Shown piece after piece: positions 12,801-24,784 of a stretch of DNA of 64,000 nucleotides. This DNA is from Phaeosaccion multiseriatum (Eukaryota > Protista > Ochrophyta, other classes). The stretch's first letter is position 1. Each line of letters begins with the position of its first letter. A program made the translations under genes and the position numbers. The stretch is from contig OZ218952.1 in NCBI GenBank assembly GCA_965112735.1, positions 5,208,001 to 5,272,000 on the forward strand, given 5' to 3'. The notes under the pieces are model-generated. The model was not told the origin of the DNA. It saw nothing but the letters and a program-made list of their open reading frames with translations, and did not search any database.

Positions 12801-15800
12801 GTTGGGGTTGCCTACGTCAGGGCAGCTGCGAGGACCAAGGAGCAACAAGGAGAGGGGGACAATGTGGTCGCTCAGTGTGTCGACCCTCTACAGGGAGACG
12901 CTGGGGGGGTACACGCACACAATCAGCACGCACACACACACGCACGCCATCTTCATTCCCACTCCAACCAGTCGGTCCACAGTTTAGAACACTCACTTGT
13001 CGAGATGGTCTGTAATGCCGTCCCCGTCGATGTCTGCCAGTACGAGACGCCGTGGCAGGAGGAGACGGGGAGCGACCCAGCAGCAAAAGACGAGAGAAAA
13101 GTGGGTCAGACTACGGTAGAGCAAGGAAAAGAATTCGAGGTGCTCGGCTCGCTCACTGTGGGGATGAAAAGCAGCAGATAATAAAGCGGGACAGCAGACA
13201 AGGAGGGGACAGCAAATAGACGGGCCCATGGAAGCGAGACTCTTCCATGGGTTGCTCCAAGGCCCCCTTGCTCTATTCAGCACTTTCTCTGCAGGAACAT
13301 GAACGGATCGTCCTCACCGCAATCGATACCGTTCGGAGGGCTTCGCTCGTGCCGAAGAGTCGCACGAGTTGAGCAGACAGGGGGGGGGGGGGGGTTGTGG
13401 AGCGAAACAAACCAGGCAGAGAGAATAAACGTGAGCTTCCTTGCTTGAAGGGGCGAGCGAGGGAGTACGGTACAGCGCGCAATGGCACACACACACACAT
13501 ATAAAATCACTTGTATGGGCGCAGCAAGGGAGGAAATGACCATCAAGGGATGACCGTGCCGAGCACGCGCACACTGCATCGAGCTTTGCTTCGGGCTTGA
13601 TGACTTACCACCAGACTCCAGTGCAGCACGCTGATCCTCCTGTCGTTGTCCGAACCTGAGAATGCGCAATTCGACAACAGTACAACAGTGAGGACAGGAG
13701 CTCGATGCAGGCATCACATTCCCGCAACAAACGGCACAGTCCCCAAGTAAAATGACACCCGTTACTGGACTCTTTACATCTCACTCCCTCCTCGCGCACG
13801 CACCGTAATGGGAGAGGACCCGGGGTAGTTGCAGGAGTTGGCCGCATTACACGTGGCCCGGGAGTGCCCGAACAGCGAAGCAGCCTGCAGAGGTGACGGA
13901 TGGGTGCAGCGAGGCCAGAAAAGGCAAGAGGAGGGAGGGTCGCGGGGGTGGGAAATACACCAGTTAGACTCCTTATTCTAGTGTCCCTCCGGTCGTGCCT
14001 TCGATCGCCTCCCGCATGCCCTCTTTCTTTCCATGTCAGCCAGCCACATGTTGGCAAGCAAATGCAGCTCATCTCAGCCAGCATCCGTAGCAGGTGCTTT
14101 GCGCGTGAGGATCAAACTACGCACAAAGGTTGCGGTAAGCTGCGCTGAGCGGCGAGTGAGCTTCACAGGTTGACTTGCTTACGCCCCACCCCCCCCCCCT
14201 TGTTTCATTCACATAAAAAGCAACGACTTACCAAGCAAGCCAATGAACCGCTGCACGTCAGCTCCGCCTTGCAGCCCATCTCCTCTACCCCTGGGGATCC
14301 CTGCGAGAGGCAAACACGCACGAACTGGTGGTGGTACCGAAGTCGAGACAAAGCCGCCAGTATTGAATGAACACAGATGAGAGGCAAGCAAAGCACGCAG
14401 GCAGGCAATGAGCGGGGGGGAGGATTCATGAGGCAGACTATGTCGCTCGGAGGCCGGACCAGCAGGCGTGCAAAAAGTCCAAGCAGAGATGCGTTGGCTT
14501 GCGCAGACAACAGCCAAAACAAGTCTGTTCATGGAAACAAGGGGCAGCACGCGTGTTGAGATGCGGTGCAGCTCGGCCGGTTGTGGGCTTGCCATGAGGA
14601 AAGGAAGGAAGTCGCAAATTCAAAGCAAGAAGCCTCTGGGAGAAGGGGGGGAAAGGCACCAGCAGTGACGAGTCTCAGGCGGCGACAGATGGAAAAGGAG
14701 GCCAGCAGGAGGGTGCGGCGGTGCTGGCTGCTGTACATGTACAGTCAGCCAAGAGAAGAGAGCGACACTTACAATGCACGAAAGAGCAGCTTCGCAAGTA
14801 GCACTTGATTCGCCGAGGAAGGATGCAGACTGCGATGTACGGGGTGGTGCGATGCGTGCAGAGGGCGGTAGGGGGGTTAGTTCAAGGCCAATCAGCCCAC
14901 ACCGGAAAGAAAGGGAACGGAGGACAAAAATGAAGAACGTAAGCAACTGTGGAGGAGGAGGGAGCGGGGCGCCCACACACAAGTCGAGCAACTACAGCAT
15001 CTCCGTCTACTCGTCTCCCCCCAAATCCCTCCCCCTGAGACAAGAAGCAAAGAAGCCTCTGGGAGAAGGGGGGGAAGGGCACCAGCAGAGACAAGTCTCA
15101 GGCGGTGGGAGAGATGGAAAAGGAGGCCAGCAGGAGGGTTCGGCGGTGCTGCTGTACATATAAAGTCAGCAAGAAGAAGATAGCGACACTTACTTGGCAA
15201 GCCCTCTCCCCACTGCAGGCAGCCTTTGAGCCGTCGAGGAAGGATGCAGACTGCGATGTACGGGGTGGTGCGATGCATGCAGAGGGCGGTAGGGGGGATT
15301 GAGTTCAAGGCCAATCAGCCCACACCGGAAAGGAAGAGAAATGAGGAATGAGGTTAGCCGACAACAAGTGAAGAATGCAAGCAACTAGTGGTGAAGGAGG
15401 GAACGGGACAGCCCATACACGAATCGAGCAAGTACAAGTAGCATCTCGGGGGGGGCGGGCAGAGTTGTTAGGGCTAATCCATTTCTCGTCTCCCCATCAT
15501 CCCCTCGAGATCCAAGAACTGGCCAGCCAGCTGTTGTGCCCTTTGGATGGAGAGCGAGCTGGAAAGGGCTTCACGTCACCGACTCACCTGACACGCCCTT
15601 TCGCCGCTGCACGTCACTTCGCAGTTCTGCAAGGCGAGCAAAGAGCAGCAAGCAATTCGGATGGTCATGGCATGAGGTGACACGTTGGAGGGGTTCCAAT
15701 GACGCCATCCACGACGTTATATGGGCATCAGTCTGGTCAAGTCAAAGTACCCAAAAGGACTTTCGACAAACGCAGGCCAGCGACAGGCAGACGAAGCGAG

Positions 15801-18800
15801 GGGCGGTGCAGACATCAATATTGGCGATGACCATACACAAGTCTGTGTTGACAAGAGCAGAAGAGAGCAGTGAAAAGGGTGAAGTCTGATGCTTAGACTT
15901 ACGTTAAATGTCTTAGACTGGAAGAGCCGCGAAGGACGAGAAGCGTTGTCCACGTCCGCAGCACCCACGGACGGGGGGGGGGGTGGGAGGTTGCCCAGTC
16001 CCGGCGGTACAAGGATGGGGGCGAAGGGGGGCGAGGGTCCCACCAGCCCAGCAAGCAGGAGTGAGACGCGCCATGAAGTCAAGGGACAGCAGCCAGTGTT
16101 AGGAAGGGGACGAGGGAGACCAGAGAGCGGAGCCGGAGATGCCCGTGCATGGCCAAGGGCAGGGCAAGGAAGGGGGTGGGAGGGTAGCTAGGGAAATCGA
16201 GCAGAGGAGGAACGCACAGATGAAGCACAGAGGAGTGAGTCTCTCGCCCGCTATGCCACTACCCCACACCCTTCACTCACGCACAAGCAAGCCGCTCCTC
16301 ACAGACAGGTTTCAATTCCACCGCTCTTCACTGCCTGCCTGAAGAAGCGCAGAGCACGAAGGTCAAGACCAGCAGCTGCCTGGGGAGGAGCAGCAAGGCA
16401 GGGGCACACGGGCAGCCCCTCCTACGTAGCGCAGACATGCTGCGCTCGGACGGACCTGACATGCTCCATTGGAAGCGTCGTCGCAAATGACGGGGGAGGC
16501 GCAGTCGGAGCAAGTATCGCCGTCTATGGTTCCTCTTGCATCCCCACATATGTCAGCAAAGGCTGAGGCACATGACGCCCAGTGGCAGTGAGAACGGTAG
16601 AAAGGTAAGAGGGGAGCGAGCTTAGATGCCAGCAAACAAGGTGCGTGGGCGAGCAGGGGCAAAACCGCAATACTAGACGCTGGAGGCCACGCAACCTAAG
16701 TCAGTAGAGCATTACACATCACCAGCCAGGGCAATACATCCCTTGCTCACCACAGTTAATAGGGACAATATCCTGGTCCGCGTTGGCCACAAAAGGGCAG
16801 CTGGAAGGAGCAGAGGAAGCAAAGAGGCCAGAGAGAAGGGAGGTGTAGTCAGCGCGAGCTCCTCCACGGAAGCAGGAAGACACCAGGCAGGGCACTTGGC
16901 CACACACAGGAGGGAGCCGGCCAAGTCACAAACCCGCACGCACGGGAAAACTTGACAGGCAGGGGGCGACGATGCCATGACAGAGAGACGCTGGGGGGGG
17001 GGCACATTCACGCAAACTCGCTCCTTACTTGTCACAAGCGTCTCCAACTCCGTCTCCATCGGCATCCTCTTGGTTGGGGTTGCCTACGTCAGGGCAGCTG
17101 CGAGGACCAAGGAGCAACAAGGAGAGGGGGACAATGTAGTCAGTGTGTCGACCCTCTACAGGGAGACGCTGGGGGGGTACACGCACACAATCAGCACGCA
17201 CACACACACGCACGCCATCTTCATTCCCACTCCAACCAGCCTGTCCACAGTTTAGAACACTCACTTGTCGAGATGGTCTGTAATGCCGTCCCCGTCGGTG
17301 TCTGCCAGTACGAGACGCCGTGGCAGGAGGAGATGGGGAGCGACCAGCAGCATAAAACGAGAGAAACGCGGGTCAGTCTACGGTAGAGCACTTCCAGTAA
17401 AAGAATTTGAGAGGAGGAGGAAGAGGAGGAACGCGAGCGCACAAGACGAGGGGCAACCCGCTGCAGATGTAGAGTCTAAGTTTGGACGTGCACAATGGAG
17501 TGCTTCTCCCCGAGCCCTGCCCTTTCTCACCACACGCGTCTCCTACTCCGTCACTATTGCTGTCGTCTTGGTTGGAGTTGGCTGTGTCCGGGCAGCTGCG
17601 AGGAGTCAGCACGACAGGGGGGTGGAAGTAATGCAGTCAGTGTGGACCCTCTTCGACACGCGGGGGCGTTGCGCACGCACACACACATTTGTTGTAGTCG
17701 CACTTGCATGTCAAGTGGAGCAGAGAGGAGGGTGTTGACTAGGCCAACACCAAAGACTAGCTAGACAGAGAGGCGCTGGGGGGGGGCACACGCAGCACAC
17801 ACTGCGTACAGCCATGGAAAGGAGGGCTACTACCGCAGGCCGCAGAGAAATGCGCTCTGGGGGGGCGCACCCAGGCCACGCTGCACACCCACACACACAC
17901 ACAAGCACGACGCGATCCACTCCCGTCAAGTCGGTCCGAAATGTAGATAATGAATTAAGCCACTCACTTGTCGCGATTGTTCGGAATGCCGTCCACGTCG
18001 GTGTCTGCATCAGGAGGGCCGCCACCGCCGCACGAGACGCACGCCATGGCAGGAGGGGGTGGGGAGCGGCCCAGCAGGGCATTAACAAGGCAAGCGCATG
18101 AGAGAAACGATTGTCAGACTGTGGAGGGCAATGGGTGGGGCAGCCACGACACAAGAATCCGAAGAGCTCACTGGCTGTGCGGCCATGAAAAGCAAGCAGC
18201 AAGTATCGAGAGCGACGAGATGAAGGTGCACAAGTCATCCTGAGCTCCGTCCCTTCCCTCACCATCTCACTCGTGCTTACCTTCACACACTCGAGTCGGT
18301 GTTGTACCGTCGTTGTTCGTGGTTGGGCTAAAAATGGTATGCACACGGGCGAGGTTCAAGCAAGAAAGGAAAGGAGAGTTCACCAAACAGCAACACAACA
18401 GCATCAATGCACAAAGACAGGAGCAAAGGGAGGGGGGGGGGGGTGAGCGCGAGGGTGTGGGATTGGCGCTCCTTGCCTTCTTGGGCAACCCAGCACGGGC
18501 AGGAGAGTGAATGCACCCCTCAAAGGCACTCTGTCTGCGACTACCCACTTACCAAAATCCTTCCCCCCTGGCCAGGCAGCATGAAGCGCCATTCCCTAGA
18601 GTCTATTGGCCAGCCGCAGCCGAGAGTGATACAAGGAAACGTGGGAGACAGGCGCGGATGGATGGTCAGTCATCGTATCACACAGCACGTCATCTGGGGC
18701 GTAGCTATAAGCGTGTCTCTTGTACTTCTCCTTGCATGGACTGGCCCACTTCCCTTTACACACACACACCTCGAGACTACTGCAGGCCGCTGGAGCGGTG

Positions 18801-21800
18801 CAGATAGCGGCCGAATTGTCATCAAAGTCGGTAGACTGTGTGGGGGTTGACGACGTGGGTCAGCAAGAGGCCAGGGGCACAGAGGGGAGGTCAGGAGAGG
18901 AGCAAGGCTTGGGGCATGGGCCGTTCAGCGGCGGTGCGACAGAAGTAAGCAACAGAAATAGCCAGTCAGAAGAGCGAACGTGGGCTGAGACAAATAAAGC
19001 ACGAAACAGGAGTAATGTTCAGCGCAAGTTGCGATCGAATTGCCTTCAAAGCAAGTCCGCAGACTGGTTCGAGGGGAGCAGGGTGTGTGCTCAAGAGAAA
19101 AGAGGGCGGGTGCGCGAGGCCAGCAGAGGGGCACAGGGGGGAGGTCTGGGGTGTGTGCCGCCAGTGGTACGACACAAGTAAGATACGCAATTGGCCAAGC
19201 AGGCCGCAAGAGCGGACTGAGAACTCACTTCACAGGAATTCTCCCATGAGCAGGTGGCGGTCGAAGTGTCTTGGAAAATGGCATCCTGTGTGGAGCAGCC
19301 AGGCGGGGTGTGTGTTTATGAGAAAAGACGGCAGGAGACCAGCACACACACAGAGCGAGGGGCACAGGGGGGAGGTCAGCAGAGGAGGGAGGCCTCGGGT
19401 GTGTGCCGCCAGTGGTACGACACAAGTAAGATACACAGTCGGCCAAGCAGGCCGCGAGAGCGAGCTGAGCTGAGAACTCACTTCACAGGAGCTCTCCCCT
19501 GAGCAGGTGGCGGTCGAAGTGTCTTGGAAAATGGCATCCTGTGTGGAGCAGGCGGGGTGTGTGTTTATGAGAAAAGACGGCAGGAGACCAGCACACACAC
19601 AGAGCGAGGGGCACAGGGGGGAGGTCAGCAGAGGAGGGAGGCCTCGGGTGTGTGCCGCCAGTGGTACGACACAAGTAAGATACACAATCGGCCAAGCAGG
19701 CCGCGAGAGCGAGCTGAGCTGAGAACTCACTTCACAGGAGCTCTCCCCTGAGCAGGTGGCGGTCGAAGTGTCTTGGAAAATGGCATCCTGTGTGGAGCAA
19801 GCAGGGTGTGTGTTGAAAATAAAAAGAGGGCAGAAGACCGGCAGAGCGAGGGGCACAGGTGCACAATATCATCCGCCCGTCCACTTTACATTCGTCAGGG
19901 TCCAGCAGGTGCACGCAAAGACAGAGGGAGAGAGCCGAGGGTACGAGGCTTGCTCGCAAGGAGGCGAGAAACGCACAGGAGCGAGGAGCGGAAGTGACAA
20001 ACAGAAAGGAGGCCAAGAACACACACAGCGAGGAGACCAACCGAACATCGGCAAGCAGAGCAAGCACGAGAGAAGGTGGAAAGGCACCGGAACGCCCCGT
20101 CCCCGTTCATGCGTGTGTAACGTCAACCCCCTCACACCAAAAGCGACTCACCCCGCAGCTACCGCTTTGCGTGCAGGAAACAGCGCAGTTCTTCAGGATG
20201 GGCAGCATTGTGAGGTGGGGACATGCGAGAGAGAGGGGTGGAGTGAGCAGAGTCGATACGATGCATCAATATGAAAGCAGCCGCAGGGTGAGGGTAAGAA
20301 GGGGGGCCCTGGCGGACAGCGACAGCGCAGGCTTGGACTGGCACAAAGATCAGGCAGGCGCTAAAGCTGTCGCATAGAAGCAGCCGCCCCGCACTACTAC
20401 AATGAAAGGCGAATCTCAAACGTCCATCAACAAGCGGCGGAGGCCACACTCAGAACCACTTCTCAGCCCCTGCCTGGCGTGGGAGTCCAAACGGCGGATG
20501 GGATGAGCGATAGCAAACACTCACCACAAAAGTGGTGCCCTGTGACGTCGAAGAAGCAATGCCGCCATGAGAAGAAAATGCGAAGAGCGTGGCAGTGAAT
20601 AGCAGCAGCGTCAGCCGAAGGAGGGTGGCGAGGGAGCCAACCACAGGCCGCCGTGAGGACGAGCAGTAGACAGGGGGCACAGGGGGCACGTTCGCGGTTC
20701 GGCCCAGCCAATCGTTGCGGATGTTTTGGTGAGTCGTGACCAGTGGTATAGGGAAGGCGAGCGGTTTGTGGCAGAGAAGAAGGGACGTAGCACAGCGCAA
20801 CGTGGTTAAGTGGAGCGGCGGAACAAAAGTCAGTCATATGCCCACTTCCTCGAAAGAGAGATTGGTACGGTGAAGGCGTTGACAACGCCTAGCCCCTCTT
20901 CAAGGAGGGGGACAGCAACTCTACACGCAGATAGATGCAGGGGGTACAGGAAGAGTGGCAGGCAGCAGGCTGTTGGTGTAGAGAGAGAGGGAGTGACTGT
21001 AGTGGCAAAGAGCGCGGGAAGTGCATGGGGGCGAGTCAAGGACTTGGCGAGAAGCGCTGGTGAAAGGCGCAACCGTACCCACCTGGCAGACCTGTCCCCC
21101 ACACACAAGTTGATTGAGAGGGTTCACAGAAGTGCAGGTGCACGTGTCGGAGGACGTGACGTAGTCTCCACCGCCCGCCTCGCAGATCGGCTTCGCGGAA
21201 ACGTCTGTAAGTCATGGTAGGGACAGGGGAAGGAGATGGGCAAAAGGCGAGGAGCGGCAAAGGAGACAAGAAGCACAAAGCAAGGGGAGTGAGTAGCAAG
21301 CTGCGGGCAAGCGGGGATTGATCGTCCAATGGGCATGCCGATTACAGAGCAGGAGGGGCATAGGGCTGAGGTTGAGTCTGAGGCACACGCTGTCCAGACG
21401 AAGGGAAGGTGGGGGGGGCGAGGGGCATCAGCAGTACGAGGGGTGCGTCTGGCTGGGGGCGGGTGGCATCCACGTCAGGGGCTGTGGGCACATCACTTCT
21501 TGAGGCAAGAGTAAGTTTGTACGCACAGCCTCGACATTTACGGTGGGGGTATGATCGAAGAGCAGCTCAACCATGGCAGCTGACAAGTTTTGATCGCCCT
21601 CTACTCCCCCCCCCCCCACCCCGCGGGGGCATGACGCAGCCACGTGTACTTACCGAAAGTGTATGTGTCTTGTTTGGACGAGGGGAAAGTGCTGGCGTAG
21701 AGCTCAGTAGTACCGTCCGCGTCGAGGATCTTGAAGCTCGCGCCGTTGATGCGGTCCTTGCAGCAAGTGCTGAGACGGTTTGTGACCTCGCAGCCAGTAC

Positions 21801-23156
21801 GTGACGACTTGGTCACGTCCGCCAGAAAGGTAGAGAGTGAGCCGGGGAGCGGTATCCCCTGCGGCGGAGTGACAGAAGTTGTTCTTGTCGTCCTTGGTGC
21901 CGTCGTCGCAGTTTTGAGCTAAAAACGACCCAGAGGTAGAACTCAAGGTGATACCCTCCAGGTCAATCTTGTCATTGCTGCCATCGTAACATTCGACTTC
22001 TGCCAGATTAAGGACAGGCACACCCCCGTCCGCCGGAGGAGGCACTTCGATGACGACTTGCCTGTCAGAGCGAGGGCACAGAAGCAGCGAGGGGGGGGGG
22101 GTATCGACAGGCGAAACGGGGGTTTCGCAACGTGCATTTAGTGGTGACTTCATCTGCGCTTCGAGTAGGCAGTAGCGGGAGTGGCTCAATGAAATGACGA
22201 GAAAGGGGAGGTCCATAGCGAGCTCTGGCTGTTCACTCCGTTTCGCAGAAGGGGTACTTACTTGCCAACCTCTACGATAGGCACAGGAGAGCAGCCAGGA
22301 GGGTGCACAGTGGTCCAAAGGGCCGCCAGCACCCATGCGCCGAGCCGTGAAGCACACATGCGGGCGAACAGGGCAGGCAGCCGTGAGCAGCCCAACGGGG
22401 GGGGGAGGGCGTGAGCAGCACGCCAGAGTAATTTTGCTTGTATGGCTTCGACATTTACGGCGGGGAAATGATCGAAGAGCAGCTCAACCATGGCAGCTGA
22501 CAAGTATTGATCGCCCTCTACTCCCCCCCCCCCCCCCCGTGGGAGCATGACGCAGCCACGTGTACTCACCGAAAGTGTATGAGTCCTCTGCGGGTGAGGG
22601 GAAAGTGCTGGCGTAGAGCTCAGTAGTGCCGTCCGCGTCGAGGATCTTGAAGCTCGCGCCGTTGATGCGCGCTAGGTGAATATCATTGTCATTCCGGTTG
22701 GTGACCTCGCAGTACGCAACGACTTGGTCGGCACCGCCAGAAAGGCTCAGGGTGAGGGTAGCGCCGCCTGCTTCGGCCTGGGAGTGACAAAAGGTTTCTG
22801 CATTGCCGTCGACGCACAGAGCGGCAGGAAACTCCTTCTCGCTGCCACTGGAGTAGTAAACGGAGCTGAGGAACGCCGAGGTCGGAATCTTCGCATCAGC
22901 GCTGCCGTCGTAGCAGGCCACTTCTGCCAGATTAAGGATGCCGTCACGGTCACCGCTCATCGGAGGGAGTTGAATAACAACGCTCCTGTCAGGGCCAGGG
23001 CAAGCAGCATCGAGGGGGGGGGGGAGGGGGAGGGCACAGAAGGTTGGTCATGCCTGTTCTGTGGCTGGAGGACTTCAGCAAGAACAAGAATAAGAATTAC
23101 TCACTTTCCCCGGCCTGAGCAGCCAAGCACAGCCAGCCGAGACGAAGGGAAGGCAT
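5478..23156 (-). CDS. Large multi-micro-exon gene for a modular Cys-rich secreted/surface protein (F-type-lectin-like x2, Cys micro-exon repeats, TSP type-3 repeats, C-terminal VWD/Root-cap-like domain). The 5' part carries frameshifts, so it is probably partly pseudogenised; the 5' boundary is uncertain
   Basis: More than 25 short minus-strand segments bounded by (c/t)ag and gt(a/g)ag have compatible phases. Example: CPSVANADQAAVTTC (phase 1) joins DEDGQMEGDP. Three homologous super-modules lie at approx. 21204-16750, 16560-12478 and 12290-6995. Confidence 0.7.
7267..7643 (-). CDS. Two 69-nt phase-2 exons (7267-7335, 7575-7643), each one thrombospondin type-3 Ca-binding repeat; further copies at 12757-12825, 17029-17097 and 17531-17595
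   Basis: They translate to CPDVDNPKQEDADEDGVGDACD and CPDVGNPNQEDADEDGVGDACD, matching the TSP3 consensus CPxxxNxxQxDxDxDGxGDAC, with canonical splice sites. Confidence 0.88.
9430..11110 (-). repeat. Four tandem ~430-bp intron+micro-exon units (exons 9597-9653, 10024-10080, 10454-10510, 10888-10950)
   Basis: Near-identical intron sequence (cgatgtacggggtggtgcgatgc, ggccaatcagcccacaccggaaagtaag) recurs about every 430 bp. The exons encode QTSFLDDSKATCEAAFSCY, EASFLSTSSATCSGGYACQ, SASFLDDSKATCSGERACQ and FASFLGTSKATCTGSESYSCA. Confidence 0.85.
19080..19860 (-). repeat. Three tandem ~250-bp intron+57-nt micro-exon units (exons 19229-19285, 19482-19538, 19731-19787)
   Basis: Direct repeats; the exons encode DAIFQDTSTATCSGESSCE (x2) and DAIFQDTSTATCSWENSCE, with cag/gtgagt boundaries. 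Confidence 0.87.
21654..22061 (-). pseudogene. Second F-type-lectin-like exon, frameshifted by a 4-nt insertion at 21791-21797
   Basis: Paralog of 22570-22985. It reads TAC TGGC TGC GAG GTC versus TAC TGC GAG GTC in the paralog; removing 4 nt restores YCEVTNRLSTCCKDRINGA. Confidence 0.7.
22570..22985 (-). CDS. Exon encoding an F-type lectin (fucolectin/F5-8C fold)-like domain, intact copy
   Basis: The sequence LNLAEVACYD...AALCVDGNAETFCHS...EVTNRND...RINGA resembles the FTP signature (Ca-binding xDG, His, RxD..R, LxLxEV), with the LAEV strand at the N-terminus. Confidence 0.6.
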
Positions 23157-24784
23157 GGTCCGAGAAGAGCGCCACCGGCCGCAGCCACCACCGAGCCAGT
23201 ACGTAACCAGTACGTAGCCAGTACGTTAGTATACATGCGGCGCATGAGAGCATGGGGGAAAGAAGTGAGCAGCAGCACGCTAGTTTGGGGGCAGAGTAAT
23301 TTGTTTGTACCGCTTCGACATGGCTGGTTCTGAGACACGCCAGCCCAGAAGCAGGAAGCAGGCCGGCTGGCGCCGACCAGAACCAGGAACCAACCTTGGC
23401 GCCCATCATTGCCTTATTACATGGCCCCCAGAACCTCCTGGAACCTGCCTGATACACCCCCCCGGCCGTAGCTAAAGCTGCCTAGCTAGCCTCCCTCCCG
23501 GCCGGCCGTCGGATCACGGCCGCACCAGCCACGCCCCACGCAGCAGCCAGCCCCTTTGGAACTTACAGGAAAGGCCTGGTGCTGGTTCCTGGCCCGGTGG
23601 ACGCACATGCGAGAGCTGCGGGTGGTGTTGCTGCGAGGAGGCACCACAGCCAGCACCAGACTGAGGGCCCACCTCCCGAAGCCGTTCTGCTTCATGGGGG
23701 GGAGCATGGCTGCAGTCTCGCAGACTCTCCAAATGCCCGCTGCGACGAAAGGCAGGCAAGCAAGAAACAGGGGCCAAGCATAACAAGCCGTCATTAAGGC
23801 TCCGGCCGCAACTTGATAAATCTGCCACATCTCTCGACTGAATCAAGCAGAAGCCTGCAGAGCAGTGGATTCGCACAGCAGACAGGAGGTTGCGGCGAGA
23901 CGAAGCAGCCATAAAATGTGCGAGTGCCGAGGAGGAGAGGCAGGAGGCAGTCCAATCTCAATCGGAAAAGAAAACATTCCGTCGATTCGGATACACTCGT
24001 AGACCAAGGTTATTGGGCAGTCCTTCTCTCCCCCTTTTCTTCCTCACCACACGCCCGCCCGTGCCTCTCCCGGTTTTCCCGCCGCTCCTGCCCCTCAAAC
24101 GATTTACCTGTACGTGATTTCTCTCCCCACCTCGCTCTCGCTCCTCATCTGAAAAAGAGGATTCCCTTAACCCGCGCCAGATAGCGCCTAAATAGCGTGG
24201 CTGAGGCTTATATAAACGCTATCTGGGTCCAGATAAGGGACCCCCGGGCCCTATTTAACCCTTGGACAAGGCTTATATAACGAACGCACCCCCTATTTAG
24301 ATAAATCCTTATATAGCGCTACACGCGCCAGATAAGGTGTTGGCTGCCCCCCTTTATATAAATAATTATATGGCACTATACGCGCCAGATAAGCTGCTAT
24401 ATTGTGTGCCCAAGGGGGTCTACATGTACGAATATAATATTCACATCTAGACCACCCCCTTGTTACGGTTATGATTTACAGTATCGTTTACATGTGTGTG
24501 GTAGGGAAGTTGCCGCCGCCGACAGAGCCCGGCTGGGGAAGGCTGGGGGAGGGCAGACGCATATGGGGGAGGAAAGCAGGCAGGCAGGGAGAGTAGGGAA
24601 CAGGGAAAGACTGACTGCGAAAGATGCCGGAGGGGGAGGGGGGGGGGGGGATGATGTGTGAGGTCTTCTCCTACTACCCCCATCCCTGCGTCCGCGGGCC
24701 TGGAGCTGCAGTCCGTGCTTGCCCATGTAACCATGTATGCTGCGGTCTAGCGCTTGGCCCTGCTCTGCCTTGCGCACGCTTCAG

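Larger units (their letters stand above)
6910..17400. repeat. Tandem segmental duplication: units start near 6910, 12421 and 16693 (third partial); period 4272 bp between units 2 and 3
   Basis: Identical ORF translations recur at an offset of 4272 (11617/15889, 12056/16328, 12440/16712). The anchor agtcagtagag-attacacatcaccagccagggcaatac occurs three times. Confidence 0.93.

Noticed and set aside
24167-24263. TTAACCC motifs suggesting piggyBac ends
   Set aside because: No matching GGGTTAA right end; the CATCTG TIR with CCT TSD explains the region better.
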